Assembly: GCF_001194135.2 (NCBI RefSeq) | Contig: NC_068983.1 | Location: 1,372,748 to 1,408,123 of the forward strand | Direction: 5' to 3' | Source: Octopus bimaculoides | Taxonomy: Eukaryota | Length of the DNA stretch: 35,376 bases | Shown: positions 1-10,626 of the stretch, one piece after another | Position numbering within the stretch: the stretch's first letter is position 1 | Layout: each line of letters begins with the position of its first letter | Notes under the pieces: generated by a model | Seen by the model: only the letters and a program-made list of their open reading frames with translations | Told to the model about the DNA's origin: nothing | Databases searched by the model: none | Translations under genes and position numbers: made by a program

Positions 1-123
1 AGAGAGAGAGAGAGAGAGAGAGAGATTTATGTTTGCATATACTTACACACATGCACATATAAAAATAAATACATGAACATACATATATACATGCATATAT
101 ATTCACACAAAAAATATACGTAT

Positions 124-157
<34 letters not shown>

Positions 158-726
158 GTACACACACACACACACAACACACATACACACACACACACAC
201 ATTGTTATATCTGGAAAAGTCATTCTCTTTAATGCCTTATTGTTTAACACTCTCACTGGTAAAGTTTCCACTCATTTACTTATTTATTTTTCCTAAATTT
301 CTCGTTGTGTCTTGCAACCTTTTCAATAGTCTTTGACTGTGTCCGTTATACGAGCTGCATAAGCCGTCGGGAAGCTAGTTGCAGAAGATTTGGGCACTTC
401 AATTTTTTCCCGCAATTTTTCATGGAAGGAAGTTTTTTTTATGATACTTTTGAGGTATCTTCTTCCATTATAATAATTCTGTTGATTCAAGGGGCTAGAA
501 TACGAAGAATGAAGTTCTTAGGCAGAATAAATTCAATAACCGTTTATTCAGAGGTTCTTTGTACAAGGGGTTTGCTTTCAGTAAACATCTTCACAACAGG
601 GCGTAGTTAGCCTTCTCTCTTATACACGTGAGATTCAATAACCTCTGGACACATTGCATGTGTTATCACAGCGAGACACACGTCCGGGGAAAATGTTGTT
701 GTCTTTTCCTTAAATAATTGTTGCGG

Positions 727-794
727 ACGAGATCTCGTTTTTGTCTCGCGTATGGCAATGGTTGCAGGCGAGATCTCGCTGTTTCAAAATGGCG
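727..794 (+). promoter_or_regulatory. CpG-rich promoter-like motif cluster
   Basis: Perfect palindromes ACGAGATCTCGT (727-738) and GCGAGATCTCGC (768-779), TCTCGCG (744-750) and YY1-type CAAAATGGCG (785-794) in a locally CpG-rich patch. Confidence 0.4.
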
Positions 795-975
795 CTGGCT
801 TCTTTGTGCCTCACCACAGGGGCTACCCCCTGGGAACGTCAGAGCGAAAATAGAAAATAACTGGAGTAGGCATAAGAAAAGAGCAAAGATGGTAACCGAT
901 CGCAAACAAGATATGGTACAAAAAAATTGGCAGAATCCGATTACTCTCAAATTATTTCTATTATATCAGAAAATA

Positions 976-1180
976 GTGCAGCGGTTAGCACACCGGGACA
1001 AATGCTTAGCCGTAATAAGTCCGTCTGAACATTCTGAGTTCAAATTCCGCTGAGGTCAGCTTTGCCTATCATCCTTTCGGGGTCGATAAAATAAGTGCCA
1101 GCTGAGTAGTGCGGTCGATGTAAACGACTTAATCCCTTCCCCAAATTTTCAAGCCTTGTGCCTATAGTTGAAAGGATTAT
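976..1180 (+). mobile_element. tRNA-derived SINE, type A (degenerate)
   Basis: Has GTTAGCAC...GAGTTCAAATTCCGC and CATCCTTTCGGGGTCGATAAAATAAGT, shared with many copies in the window. Confidence 0.8.
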
Positions 1181-1520
1181 ATCTGAACATAATAATAAAG
1201 TATTCGGGACGGTTTTCCCAAGAACATCTCCTGCTGGTTGTGCACCAGCATGGTCGTAATCTAATGACAAACCTAAACAAATAAAGAATAAATCAATGGA
1301 AATGAAAGTCATATTTGAAAACTAGTCAATAATTTTACATTGAACAATAAAAAGTTGAATACGACAAAATTGTTCGATAATTTTGAGTTTTGTAGAGTAA
1401 CGTAAATTGACGAATATACGTAGGAGAGTCATACGTCAATGAACCTTGGTATATGACTGGTATCTAGAATGTTTAGTGCGGTACATAACTTACGAGTCCA
1501 GACATTTGATAATTTCACAG

Positions 1521-1570
1521 GCTCGCATTTATTCACACTTCATCAATATCAAGTCTCATATCGAGATACT
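1521..1570 (+). CDS. Putative 50-nt internal exon of the SET/MYND gene (ARIYSHFINIKSHIEIL)
   Basis: TTTCACAG acceptor and GTAATT donor. It ends in phase 2, matching the phase-2 start of the 1642 exon across a 71-nt intron. RIYSHF recalls RLFSQF of SMYD5 (from memory). Confidence 0.4.
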
Positions 1571-1641
1571 GTAATTCCCAACTATTTCCGAATATATTTA
1601 TCGAATGTATTACAGTTTATATTTTTTTCTTACTTTTGCAG

Positions 1642-2341
1642 TTTTATTGCATATGGAGCCCAAGGTGTTGCAGGCAAATTCACGGTGATGCATCAAGTTA
1701 TGAAGGATGTATTCAATGGTCTCCCTGAAGGTTTGCGTTATGATGTAACAGCGCGTGAGTTCGACGGACGTTATTTACAAATGGCATGTAACGTACAATC
1801 ATTCTCTGATGGACGAAATCCGTTGCATTGTTTCTTAAATTCAATCAGTAATTTCTCTCAATACGCCCAGCTTTCGGACTTTGTCGACGTTGACAATATT
1901 CCGGAAGCCAATTTTGCTGGTGTGTTTCCGGTACAGTCTTGCTTCAATCATAGTTGTGCCAATACTATCGAAGTAATGGACGGTCTGTCGAAAGGACGAC
2001 CCGGAATTCACCTAAGGGCCCGTGCAAATATCAAAGCTGGCGAAGAATTATTTAGCACTTATATCGATACATCAACCCCACGTCGAGAAAGAAGAGCTTG
2101 GCTGTTCAGAGGCTACAATTTCTGGTGTCAATGTCTACGGTGTAGATTTGAAGGAGACGGGCCAGACGTGTGTGCTAATTGTGAAACACAAGCTCCAGAG
2201 GGAAAGCAATTCCCGGCCTGTGGCAAATGCCGAAAAGTTTGGTATTGTTCTCCAAAGTGTCAAAAGATAGCCTGGAAAGCGGGACACAAGAAAATTTGCA
2301 GTATGAGCCATTCAAAACTTTGCAGTTATAATCTTTATTAG
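1642..2341 (+). CDS. Main 3' exon of a SET-domain lysine methyltransferase (SMYD5-like) with C-terminal MYND zinc finger; 5' exons not identified
   Basis: Polypyrimidine acceptor ending TTGCAG at 1641. SET motifs GVFPVQSCFNHSC and IKAGEELFSTYID, post-SET YNFWCQCLRC, then MYND CANC...CGKC...YCSPKCQ...WKAGHKKIC. Stop TAG at 2339-2341 if unspliced. Confidence 0.9.
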
Positions 2342-2498
2342 CACGTGTCGCTACACAGCATTAGTAGAAAATTAGATTACCGCCGTTTGCTATTTCATTA
2401 TTCTTATTATTTTTATTAATGTTTTCATGTTTTGTTTAATTTTATATTTTTGTTGTTAATTTACATTTTCAGTCTGTTTATTCTTGATATTTCTACAG

Positions 2499-2554
2499 AA
2501 TTCAGTGTAGTCCTGCTTGAAGAGCTTCAATATGTTCAGCAACTATACCGCTAG
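2499..2554 (+). CDS. Possible alternative terminal exon of the SET/MYND gene (KFSVVLLEELQYVQQLYR*)
   Basis: Phase-1 donor TGCA|GTATGA at 2301, a T-rich intron-like stretch, acceptor TTTCTACAG at 2498, and an open in-phase frame to TAG. Confidence 0.3.
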
Positions 2555-2557
2555 CAG

Positions 2558-2615
2558 ATATACATACATACATACATACATACATACATACATACATACA
2601 TACATACATACATAC

Positions 2616-2646
<31 letters not shown>

Positions 2647-2832
2647 NNNNNNNNNNNNNNNNNNNNNNNNNNNNNNNNNNNNNNNNNNNNNNNNNNNNNN
2701 NNNNNNNNNNNNNNNNNNNNNNNNNNNNNNNNNNNNNNNNNNNNNNNNNNNNNNNNNNNNNNNNNNNNNNNNNNNNNNNNNNNNNNNNNNNNNNNNNNNN
2801 NNNNNNNNNNNNNNNNNNNNNNNNNNNNNNNN

Positions 2833-2867
<35 letters not shown>

Positions 2868-2910
2868 ACACACATACTCATGCATACACACACGCACACA
2901 CACACACATA
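2558..2910. repeat. (TACA)n/(TA)n/(CA)n microsatellites around an assembly gap
   Basis: Direct inspection; N run 2647-2831. Confidence 0.95.
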
Positions 2911-3859
2911 CACAAGCAGGTAAATAAGCCAGCAAGCTTACTCTATGATTGGCCTTGAGCAGCGCTTTTAATTGAAGCAATCCAATTTCAGTTTCCCATG
3001 TAAAATGGAAATATGCGTCAATATTGCATACATGCCAGCGTTCTTTTATCTAGAATGGTCAAACTGCATGAATGCATGTGCCATCTTATATTGCAGGCTG
3101 TCAAAACAGGCGCTTGCACAATTTCCTTTCAGCTTGCTTTCCATCTTCTTACACAAATGTATGTATGTATGTATAAGCATGTAAGCATCTCTATGTCTGT
3201 ATATATGTACCTATGTATGTATCCGTCTAGAGTTACCCCAATGAAGACACAAAGTAGAAATAGTTTCTTACACATAATCTCATGAAATATGAGGAAAAGA
3301 TAATGCAGACGTTTCAAAGCGAAGTTTCGATGAGAGAATGAGAGGCGGTTCAGTTAAGGGATAGCTGTTTTTCTTGTCAAAACTGATCCAATAATATTTC
3401 AACAAGTTTCTATTTACGAATGTTATTTGAAAACAAATTTCATCATGTGAAACATATATATATCTTCTCTTAGCTTAAGACTCACTCCTCGTGTTTAGTA
3501 ATTACAGCCAATCTGTGTCAAAGCAGTGCTTCAATGCGTGTAGCATATCGCCTCATATATATTGGTGGATAAACATTCTTTATTTGTAGGTCAACAAGGC
3601 TACCATTGGTTTCACGGTACGAGTTTTCAGCAGTTATCAAGCCTGTCTCATAGGATGTTGGTATTCATCTCCATCTTGGATGATAGTATATACACACACA
3701 CACACACACACACACATATGTACGAATGTATGTATGGTTGTGTGTGTGTATGTATGTGTGTATGTACATACATATGCAAATGAGTAGATGTGTGTATGTC
3801 TATGTATTTATGTATCTGCGTAACTAATTATATGTATTTATACAAGCATGTTAATTTGA

Positions 3860-4631
3860 ACTAGCGAGACCCGTGAATATTTCACGGAATTAACGGTAAA
3901 CCTATTGAATTATTTCTGAAAACTTTATCCAGAAAAACTGAACGTGTAACCTCTGTTGTGTCTGTATCGCTCATCTGCTACTCGTTGATAGTGAAGAAAA
4001 TCATTTTCTCTCGCTCTTCGCCTTTCCCTTCAACTAGTCACGTGAAAACGTTATGGACGGGGTAAGTAACGTACGAACAAGTAGAATTATAAAATGTCTG
4101 CAATTAGTTAGTATGTTCTCTTGCTTTTAGTTTGTAGGTAAAGAAATAAATTTGAAATAATTTTATAAATTACGATATTGTCACATCTAAAATCTTTATC
4201 AAATAGTTGTTAAACTTTAAGCTTTCAGGTAAAACCTTCAATTCAACTGTTTGTTAAGTTTCCAATTTAATCTTTAATTAAACGCCAGTTAACTAACCCA
4301 TGCAATTAAACGCCTGTGAAAGCTACCCCTAAATTAAATTTGAAATTATGTGTCAGTTAAACATCTTTTAAAATTATAATTAATGCTCAGTTGAATGTTG
4401 TATTAAAAGGTATAATTAAACCCTAAATTAAACGCCAATAACATCTCGAATTAAACTCTAATTAAATACAATCTCCATTAATACCACATATTCTATAAAA
4501 CTTCAAGCATTGAAATATATTCGGTGAGTTATTTAAGGAGTGGAGTGGAGTTTCACGTTTCTGATATTTGTCCTTCGTGGAAAAAATACAAGGTTCACAT
4601 GGAGGCGGATGAAAGCAGAAATGAAGAAGAA

Positions 4632-4688
<57 letters not shown>

Positions 4689-4790
4689 GGGGGGGGAGAG
4701 AGGGAGAGAGAGAGGGAAAGAGAGAGTTAACTCGATGGGGAGAAGGAGAGACTGTGAGTAGTACTCACTGTAATATATTTTTATCAAAGA
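3860..4790 (+). mobile_element. Possible non-autonomous Helitron-like element; 3' boundary uncertain
   Basis: Starts ACTAGC followed by hairpin CCGTGAA-TAT-TTCACGG (3871-3887). Internal AATTAAACGCC repeats and a late hairpin GTGAGTA-G-TACTCAC. Confidence 0.3.
4628..4726. repeat. (GA)n purine microsatellite
   Basis: Direct inspection. Confidence 0.95.
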
Positions 4791-7050
4791 ATTTTTATGG
4801 ATTGAATTCTAGTGTCTCAGAGCACAACTTTGGATTCTGGAACTTAAATTCTTTGAAATGAAACCCCTGTTATTTTAACTATTAACACCATTTCTGCATT
4901 TTCCTTATTGCTATATTCTGACGATATTCTGTTGTAATTCTCTTTAACCCTATAAAATCTATTAGGAACAGTATATTGTTTCTCAGGCAGCTCTGGTTTA
5001 GACCCTACATATATTTATTAACCATCATTAAACTACCATTAACAAATATATCGAACATATAAATGTTTAATATATTAAGCAACGTTATGGGTTGAATTCT
5101 AAAGCAGAATTCAACTGATGCAATTAAACTTGTTCTGCTGTGACTGACTAAAATGTTGATTGCGTGCTCTATTTTTATGCAAGTCAATGTGTTGTAACAC
5201 TAAAAACATTATTTAACGTATATCTATTCCGTATTTTTATTACAAGTGATAAGAACTGCGCTGCACCACTTTACATGTAAATGGATTAAGGTATGCCAAT
5301 TATTAAAAAAAAAAACCCTTAACTCTTTGTTGGTGAAAAACAATATATTTCGAGATGCAACGATAATAAAACAATTTGTAAGAAAAAGAAAACCCCCATT
5401 ACATCTAAAGAAAATTTTAAAAATATATATATATATATATTCAAAATTACTATTTAAAAAAAAAATAAATTAAAAAAAAAACAAAATAAAAGAAACAAGC
5501 GCAAAATATACCCAACAGAAACTAGAAAAGTTTGACTCGTCAAAACATTTCAGTCTAGAGATAGGTAATTCTCTGGCGATCATCAACAAAACTGACATTT
5601 CATATGTACATTCTCTTAAATTTCCTTACTTTAACTACAGATAAAATTTATTGTCAAACATAAACAAACCAAACATTACTGCCATTGCAGCTTTTAACTC
5701 TATAATTCTGTTCATTTTACTGAAGTTTTACACACTGACAGCTTCAAAGTAGTTTTATTACTATTGTAAATTTGGTTTTATTGTTCATTGATGTCTTTTT
5801 TCTCAATTTGTTGGTAACTAATATATTTTTTTCATTCCAGTTCCACAAATGTTTCGTCGTTTATTGTTTTCCAAATGCTTAATGGATATTTTGATATTCT
5901 TTGATGCGCTAGACGCGATGGAGCAGCAGCCTGTTTTTGGCCAAAATTATTCTGCAGCTCCGGTTTGATTCTAGCATGCATTGTTTCAGTGTGTGTATTC
6001 AATATGCTTTAGAATGCATCAGTTTCAGAAAATCCTAACACTCCATTCCTCAAAGAGAAATTCCGTTTATTTACCAGAAATATCCTTCTATAAATTTTCA
6101 TGATTTCTATATTGCTACATGTCGATCATATCATCATTTAAAAACGTCAAATGGAATCTTCTTTAAATATCTTTTATATAAATGGTTGACATGCGTAAAT
6201 ACATAATAAGAATTAATGAAGAAACTTGCATTTGGTCATTCGATCAGCTCCAAATAGGGGACACGTTTTTTTTTTTTTTGTCAAATCATAAATCACCATC
6301 TTTAAAATGAATATTATATTGGATGGTTTTGCGCAAGATAAGGTATCTAAAAGAGTCAGAAGGGACAGCGCAGGACGGAAATTTATTAACGGGGACAATC
6401 ACAAACTGAGTTTTAGCTGCAGGACGGATATGAAGAATTTCAGAAATTAGATTAAACGAATCTAAACTTGTATTCTGAAAGGCTTTAATACCTACCTTAT
6501 TAATCAGTAATATAAGGTTGAGGAGCGGATAAACAAAGAAGAAATCACCTGAAAGTCTAAGATTACTCGTTATTAAAACTTAACATGTTTTCCTTCTTTG
6601 ACATCAAAGCGAAANNNNNNNNNNNNNNNNNNNNNNNNNNNNNNNNNNNNNNNNNNNNNNNNNNNNNNNNNNNNNNNNNNNNNNNNNNNNNNNNNNNNNN
6701 NNNNNNNNNNNNNNNNNNNNNNNNNNNNNNNNNNNNNNNNNNNNNNNNNNNNNNNNNNNNNNNNNNNNNNNNNNNNNNNNNNNNNNNNNNNNNNNNNNNN
6801 NNNNNNNNNNNNNNNNNNNNNNNNNNNNNNNNNNNNNNNNNNNNNNNNNNNNNNNNNNNNNNNNNNNNNNNNNNNNNNNNNNNNNNNNNNNNNNNNNNNN
6901 NNNNNNNNNNNNNNNNNNNNNNNNNNNNNNNNNNNNNNNNNNNNNNNNNNNNNNNNNNNNNNNNNNNNNNNNNNNNNNNNNNNNNNNNNNNNNNNNNNNN
7001 NNNNNNNNNNNNNNNNNNNNNNNNNNNNNNNNNNNNNNNNNNNNNNNNNN

Positions 7051-7081
<31 letters not shown>

Positions 7082-7104
7082 TGTATGTATGTATGTATGT
7101 ATGT

Positions 7105-7325
7105 ATGTGTTTGTGTGAGTCCCTTTGCCAACACTTGAAAACCAATGTTGGTGTGTTTATGTCCTTGTAAACTACCGGTTCAGCAAAAGAGACACAGAGA
7201 CATATGGATTTACATAGAATAAGTCCTGTGGTCGATTTGTCTGACTGAAACCGATTCAAGCAGTGCTCCAGCATGGCCGCAGTCAAATGACTGAAACTAG
7301 TAAAAGAATGAAAGAATAAAAGAAT
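7105..7325 (+). mobile_element. SINE type B, 3' half, following (ATGT)n and a gap
   Basis: GTGCTCCAGCATGGCCGCAGTCAAATGACTGAAAC with an AAAGAAT-type tail, as in other type B copies. Confidence 0.8.
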
Positions 7326-7639
7326 GTTACGTATAAATAGACACATATTCATTCTTACATGTATATAAAATGTATATACATACGCATCTACATATTTATA
7401 GGCACATATGTTACATGCAAGTGGTATATATGCATGTGTTTGTGCATATGCACATATCAATATGTATATATTCTAGTACGTATATGGATAAACCGCTGCA
7501 CAGTTAAAAATCTGGTATGTTAGAAATCCAAAAGTTCTAAAGGGAAAATGATATACTCGAATATTGCAAGATTTCAGTTTTCCAATTGATTAAATAATAA
7601 TAATAACAATAATAATAATCAGACAAATACATAATAGAA

Positions 7640-7792
7640 AGACCAGGACTAACAAGTATATATAACACAGCCTGCGCAAAACACTTTCAATACAGTAACC
7701 ATAAGAACATCACAGCAAACCACAGCACATACCCAAGGCGCACAGAGCTGCGCTCGGTAGTGAAGTAAATAGACGTTATAAAAATAAGACTA

Positions 7793-7848
<56 letters not shown>

Positions 7849-7862
7849 TAATAATAATAATA
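7640..7862 (+). mobile_element. 3' end of R4/Dong-like LINE with (TAA)n tail
   Basis: Near-identical to the 3' UTR at 21285-21400 on the - strand (CACAGCAAACCACAGCACATACCCAAGGCGCACAGAGCTGCGCTCGGTAGTGAAGT), then (TAA)n. Confidence 0.75.
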
Positions 7863-7863
7863 G

Positions 7864-8076
7864 TTTCAAATTTTGCCACAAGGGTAGCAATTTTGGAGAA
7901 GGGGATGAGTAGATGACATCAACCCCAGTCATTCACTGGTACTTATTTTTATCGGCTCCGAAAGGATGAAAGGCAAAGTCGACCTGGGCGGAATTTGAAC
8001 TCAGAACGTAGCGACGGGTGAAATAACGCTAAGCATTTCGTCTAGTGTGCTAACAATTCAGCCAGCTCGCCGCCTT
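7864..8076 (-). mobile_element. SINE type A
   Basis: Reverse complement gives GGCGAGCTGGCTGAA...GAGTTCAAATTCCGCC...CATCCTTTCGG. Confidence 0.85.
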
Positions 8077-8099
8077 TAACAACAACAACAGTAGCAAAA

Positions 8100-8287
8100 A
8101 CCCTGCCTACTATAGGCACAAGGCCTGAAATTTTGAGGGAGGGAGTTTGTCAGTTACTTTGACCCTATTCTTCAACTGGTACTTATTTTAGCGACCCCGA
8201 AAGTATGAGAGGCAAAGTCGACCCCGGCGGCATTTGATCTCAGAACGTGAAGTCCGGTGTGCTATAGATTCTGCCAGCTCACCACCT
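8100..8287 (-). mobile_element. SINE type A with internal deletion
   Basis: Same head and body motifs on the - strand. Confidence 0.75.
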
Positions 8288-8304
8288 TCAACAACAACAA
8301 TAAT

Positions 8305-8500
8305 AATCCTTTCTACCATAGGAACAAGACCTGAAGTTTTGGGGGAAGGAACAAGACAATTACATCGACTCCAGGGTTTCACTGGTACTTAATTTATCGA
8401 CCCAAAAAGGACGAGAAGCAAAGTCGATCTCAGTAGAATTTTATCCGAGGATGTGAAGAGGGACGAAATGGTAGCTAAGAACTCTACTAGCTTGTTGCCT
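8305..8500 (-). mobile_element. SINE type A (degenerate)
   Basis: ACTGGTACTTAATTTATCGACCC...GCAAAGTCGA on the + strand matches the reverse of the type A body. Confidence 0.7.
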
Positions 8501-8534
8501 TATAGTTATAGATGATATATCAGAAAATGGATGA

Positions 8535-8748
8535 GGCGCCCAGCTAGCAGAATTATTAGCACGCCGTAAAAAATACTTAGCCACATTTCTTCCGGCTCTA
8601 TGTTCTGAATGCCTCTCGGGTAGATTTTCTCTTTCATCCCCACTTGGGGCGATAAAAATAAGTACCAGCTGCGTATTGGGGTCAATGTAATGATCATATT
8701 CCCTTCTCCGAAGTTGCTGGCCTTGTGCCAATATTTAGAAGTAATGTA
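8535..8748 (+). mobile_element. SINE type A (degenerate)
   Basis: CAGCTAGCAGAA...TTAGCACGCC...AAATAAGTACCAG...TTGCTGGCCTTGTGCC. Confidence 0.75.
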
Positions 8749-9114
8749 TTTGAAAATGGAAGCTTTTCCCTTTTCCTATCGTCTGTCTTGAATGGGACGA
8801 AGTGGAAATATTTTGTGAATGCAATGAGTGAGGTGATATTGATGGGCTTGTTAGTAGAGACCAACAGACAGCCTGACAAGTAAGTCAGTATGTGGATAAG
8901 GATTATTGGTACTAAGTACATATATAGGAAGAATTATATAGACGTGACAGGGTCGATGATAGTGAAACTGTAACCGGAGTGAAATCGGAGAGGATGATGG
9001 TCCCTGATCAAAATAGAAAATATCTTAAATGACAATCGCAGAGTGGAAGGTGTTTATAAGCCATTTAAAAACACACAAAAACCGTTAGATTCACTTCAAG
9101 AGTTGAGTTTAATT

Positions 9115-9161
9115 TGTCAAAATATTTTCGTCGCTTTGAGACTGTGACCTCTCCACTGACA
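9115..9161 (-). ncRNA. Degraded minimal hammerhead ribozyme motif, left arm
   Basis: UGUCA-GUGGAGA-G-GUCAC/GCGAC-GAAA-AUAUU-U-UGACA. Stem I and GAAA are intact; the core and stem II carry substitutions. Confidence 0.35.
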
Positions 9162-9180
9162 AAATTCCATGCTGCATACC

Positions 9181-9227
9181 TGTCAGTGAACAGGTCGCGG
9201 TCTCAAAGCGACGGAAATATTTCGACA
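9181..9227 (+). ncRNA. Degraded minimal hammerhead ribozyme motif, right arm (G3-C8 variant)
   Basis: UGUCA-GUGAACA-G-GUCGC/GCGAC-GGAA-AUAUU-U-CGACA. Two substitutions from a complete motif. Confidence 0.4.
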
Positions 9228-10184
9228 AATTAAATTTAAATGTTGAAGTGAATCTAACGGTTTTTGTGTGTTTTTAAATGGCTTATAAACACCTTGCTCG
9301 CTGCAATTGTTTTTATTTCAGCCCACGATTTCAAATCAGGTCACTTGCTATGCAAGTACATCTCGTAATATTTTAAATGAGTTCTAAATAAAATGATTCC
9401 ATTTTTATTGTTGTAAGAGATTTTTAAAATACTTCAGAAATAAGCCATTATTTAGCTTTTATTAAGTGCCTCGTTCCACCTATAAAGAGTCGTGCAACGT
9501 AACATTGTATGTTTGCGTGACAAATAGCAACAACATACAAAAAGCTGAATCACACACTGAGAGTGTTGTTGAGGGCTGCGTGTCAAGTTCCATGTAGTTT
9601 CGTGTGCGTTAATCTACCGAGTAACTTTAGAATATTTTCAACATTTTTTAGCAATTATGTGAATTTAGAAACACGAAATTATAAGCGGACAAATTGAATT
9701 ATAATATATCCAATTATTACTATATGTGATTTAAATTGCTTTGACTATTTCCCCACAAAGAAGAGAAATAGTCAAAGACTTTTGCTATGAAATTTCAGTT
9801 GAAATATACTGCTTTTGCCCCAATTAATTAAAAAAAGTAATTAAGAATTTAATAAAATAACACGTTCGTTATTAAACTGGCCTTTGCAACAAAAGGGAAC
9901 ATAAAATGTTGATGGAATGTTTTGATTTTGGTTATTTTAAAACAGCAAATTTGTATTTCTGGGCAGGATCAATCCTTAGTGGGTTGGTAACAAAAGTGTT
10001 AATCTTTCGTCTCCCTCATTAAATAAATATTTTCCAGCAGCTAAGCTGATAAATCCAAGAAAACCGGATTAGAGACATTGATGAGATTTGGAACAGAGAC
10101 TGATTCCGAAGAATTGTTACAGATTTAAAGCAAGATTTAGATAATTTTCTGTTTTCACTAAGTTCAAATTATCGTTTATTTATT

Positions 10185-10380
10185 TTTTTTACATGTTTTA
10201 ATCATTACATTGCGGCCATGCTGGGACACCACTTTCAAAAAAATTAGTCGAATGAATCGATCTCAGTCTTTATTTTTAAAAGACTGGTACCTATTCTATC
10301 GGCCTCTTTTGTCGAACCACCAGACCAGCACCGGTTGTCAAGTGGTGGTGTTGGTGGACAAACACAGACACAAACACACA

Positions 10381-10476
<96 letters not shown>

Positions 10477-10626
10477 CACATGACAGGCGTTTTTCACTTT
10501 CCGTCTACCAAATCCACTTACAAGGTTTTGGTCGGTCCTATGCTGTAGTAGAAAAGACTAGCCCAAGGTGTCACTAGCCCAAGACTGAACCCGGAATCAT
10601 CTGGTTGGGTAAGCAAACTTCTTACT
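10185..10626 (-). mobile_element. SINE type B, near full length, with internal (CA)n
   Basis: tRNA-like head CCGGGTTCAGTC, body, an internal (CA)n of about 95 bp and a 3' region matching other type B copies. Confidence 0.85.

Larger units (their letters stand above)
9032..9310. repeat. Long imperfect palindrome, about 130-bp arms with 19-bp spacer
   Basis: 9032-9161 is largely the reverse complement of 9181-9310, e.g. AAGGTGTTTATAAGCCATTTAAAAACACACAAAAACCGTTAGATTCACTTCAA. Confidence 0.95.

Noticed and set aside
616-627. TCTCTTATACAC, a 12-bp match to the Tn5/Nextera mosaic end
   Set aside because: Only 12 of 19 bp match, both flanks differ, and it is not at a gap edge. Likely chance.
1469-1641. 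ATG at 1469 as start of a single-exon 290-aa protein
   Set aside because: The N-terminal half of SET is missing, and the stretch before 1642 ends in a strong polypyrimidine acceptor, so it is probably mostly intron.
3235-3265. CCAATGAAGAC-ACAAA-GTAGAAATAGTT as a hammerhead
   Set aside because: The core and stem II have several mismatches and there is no palindromic helix III.
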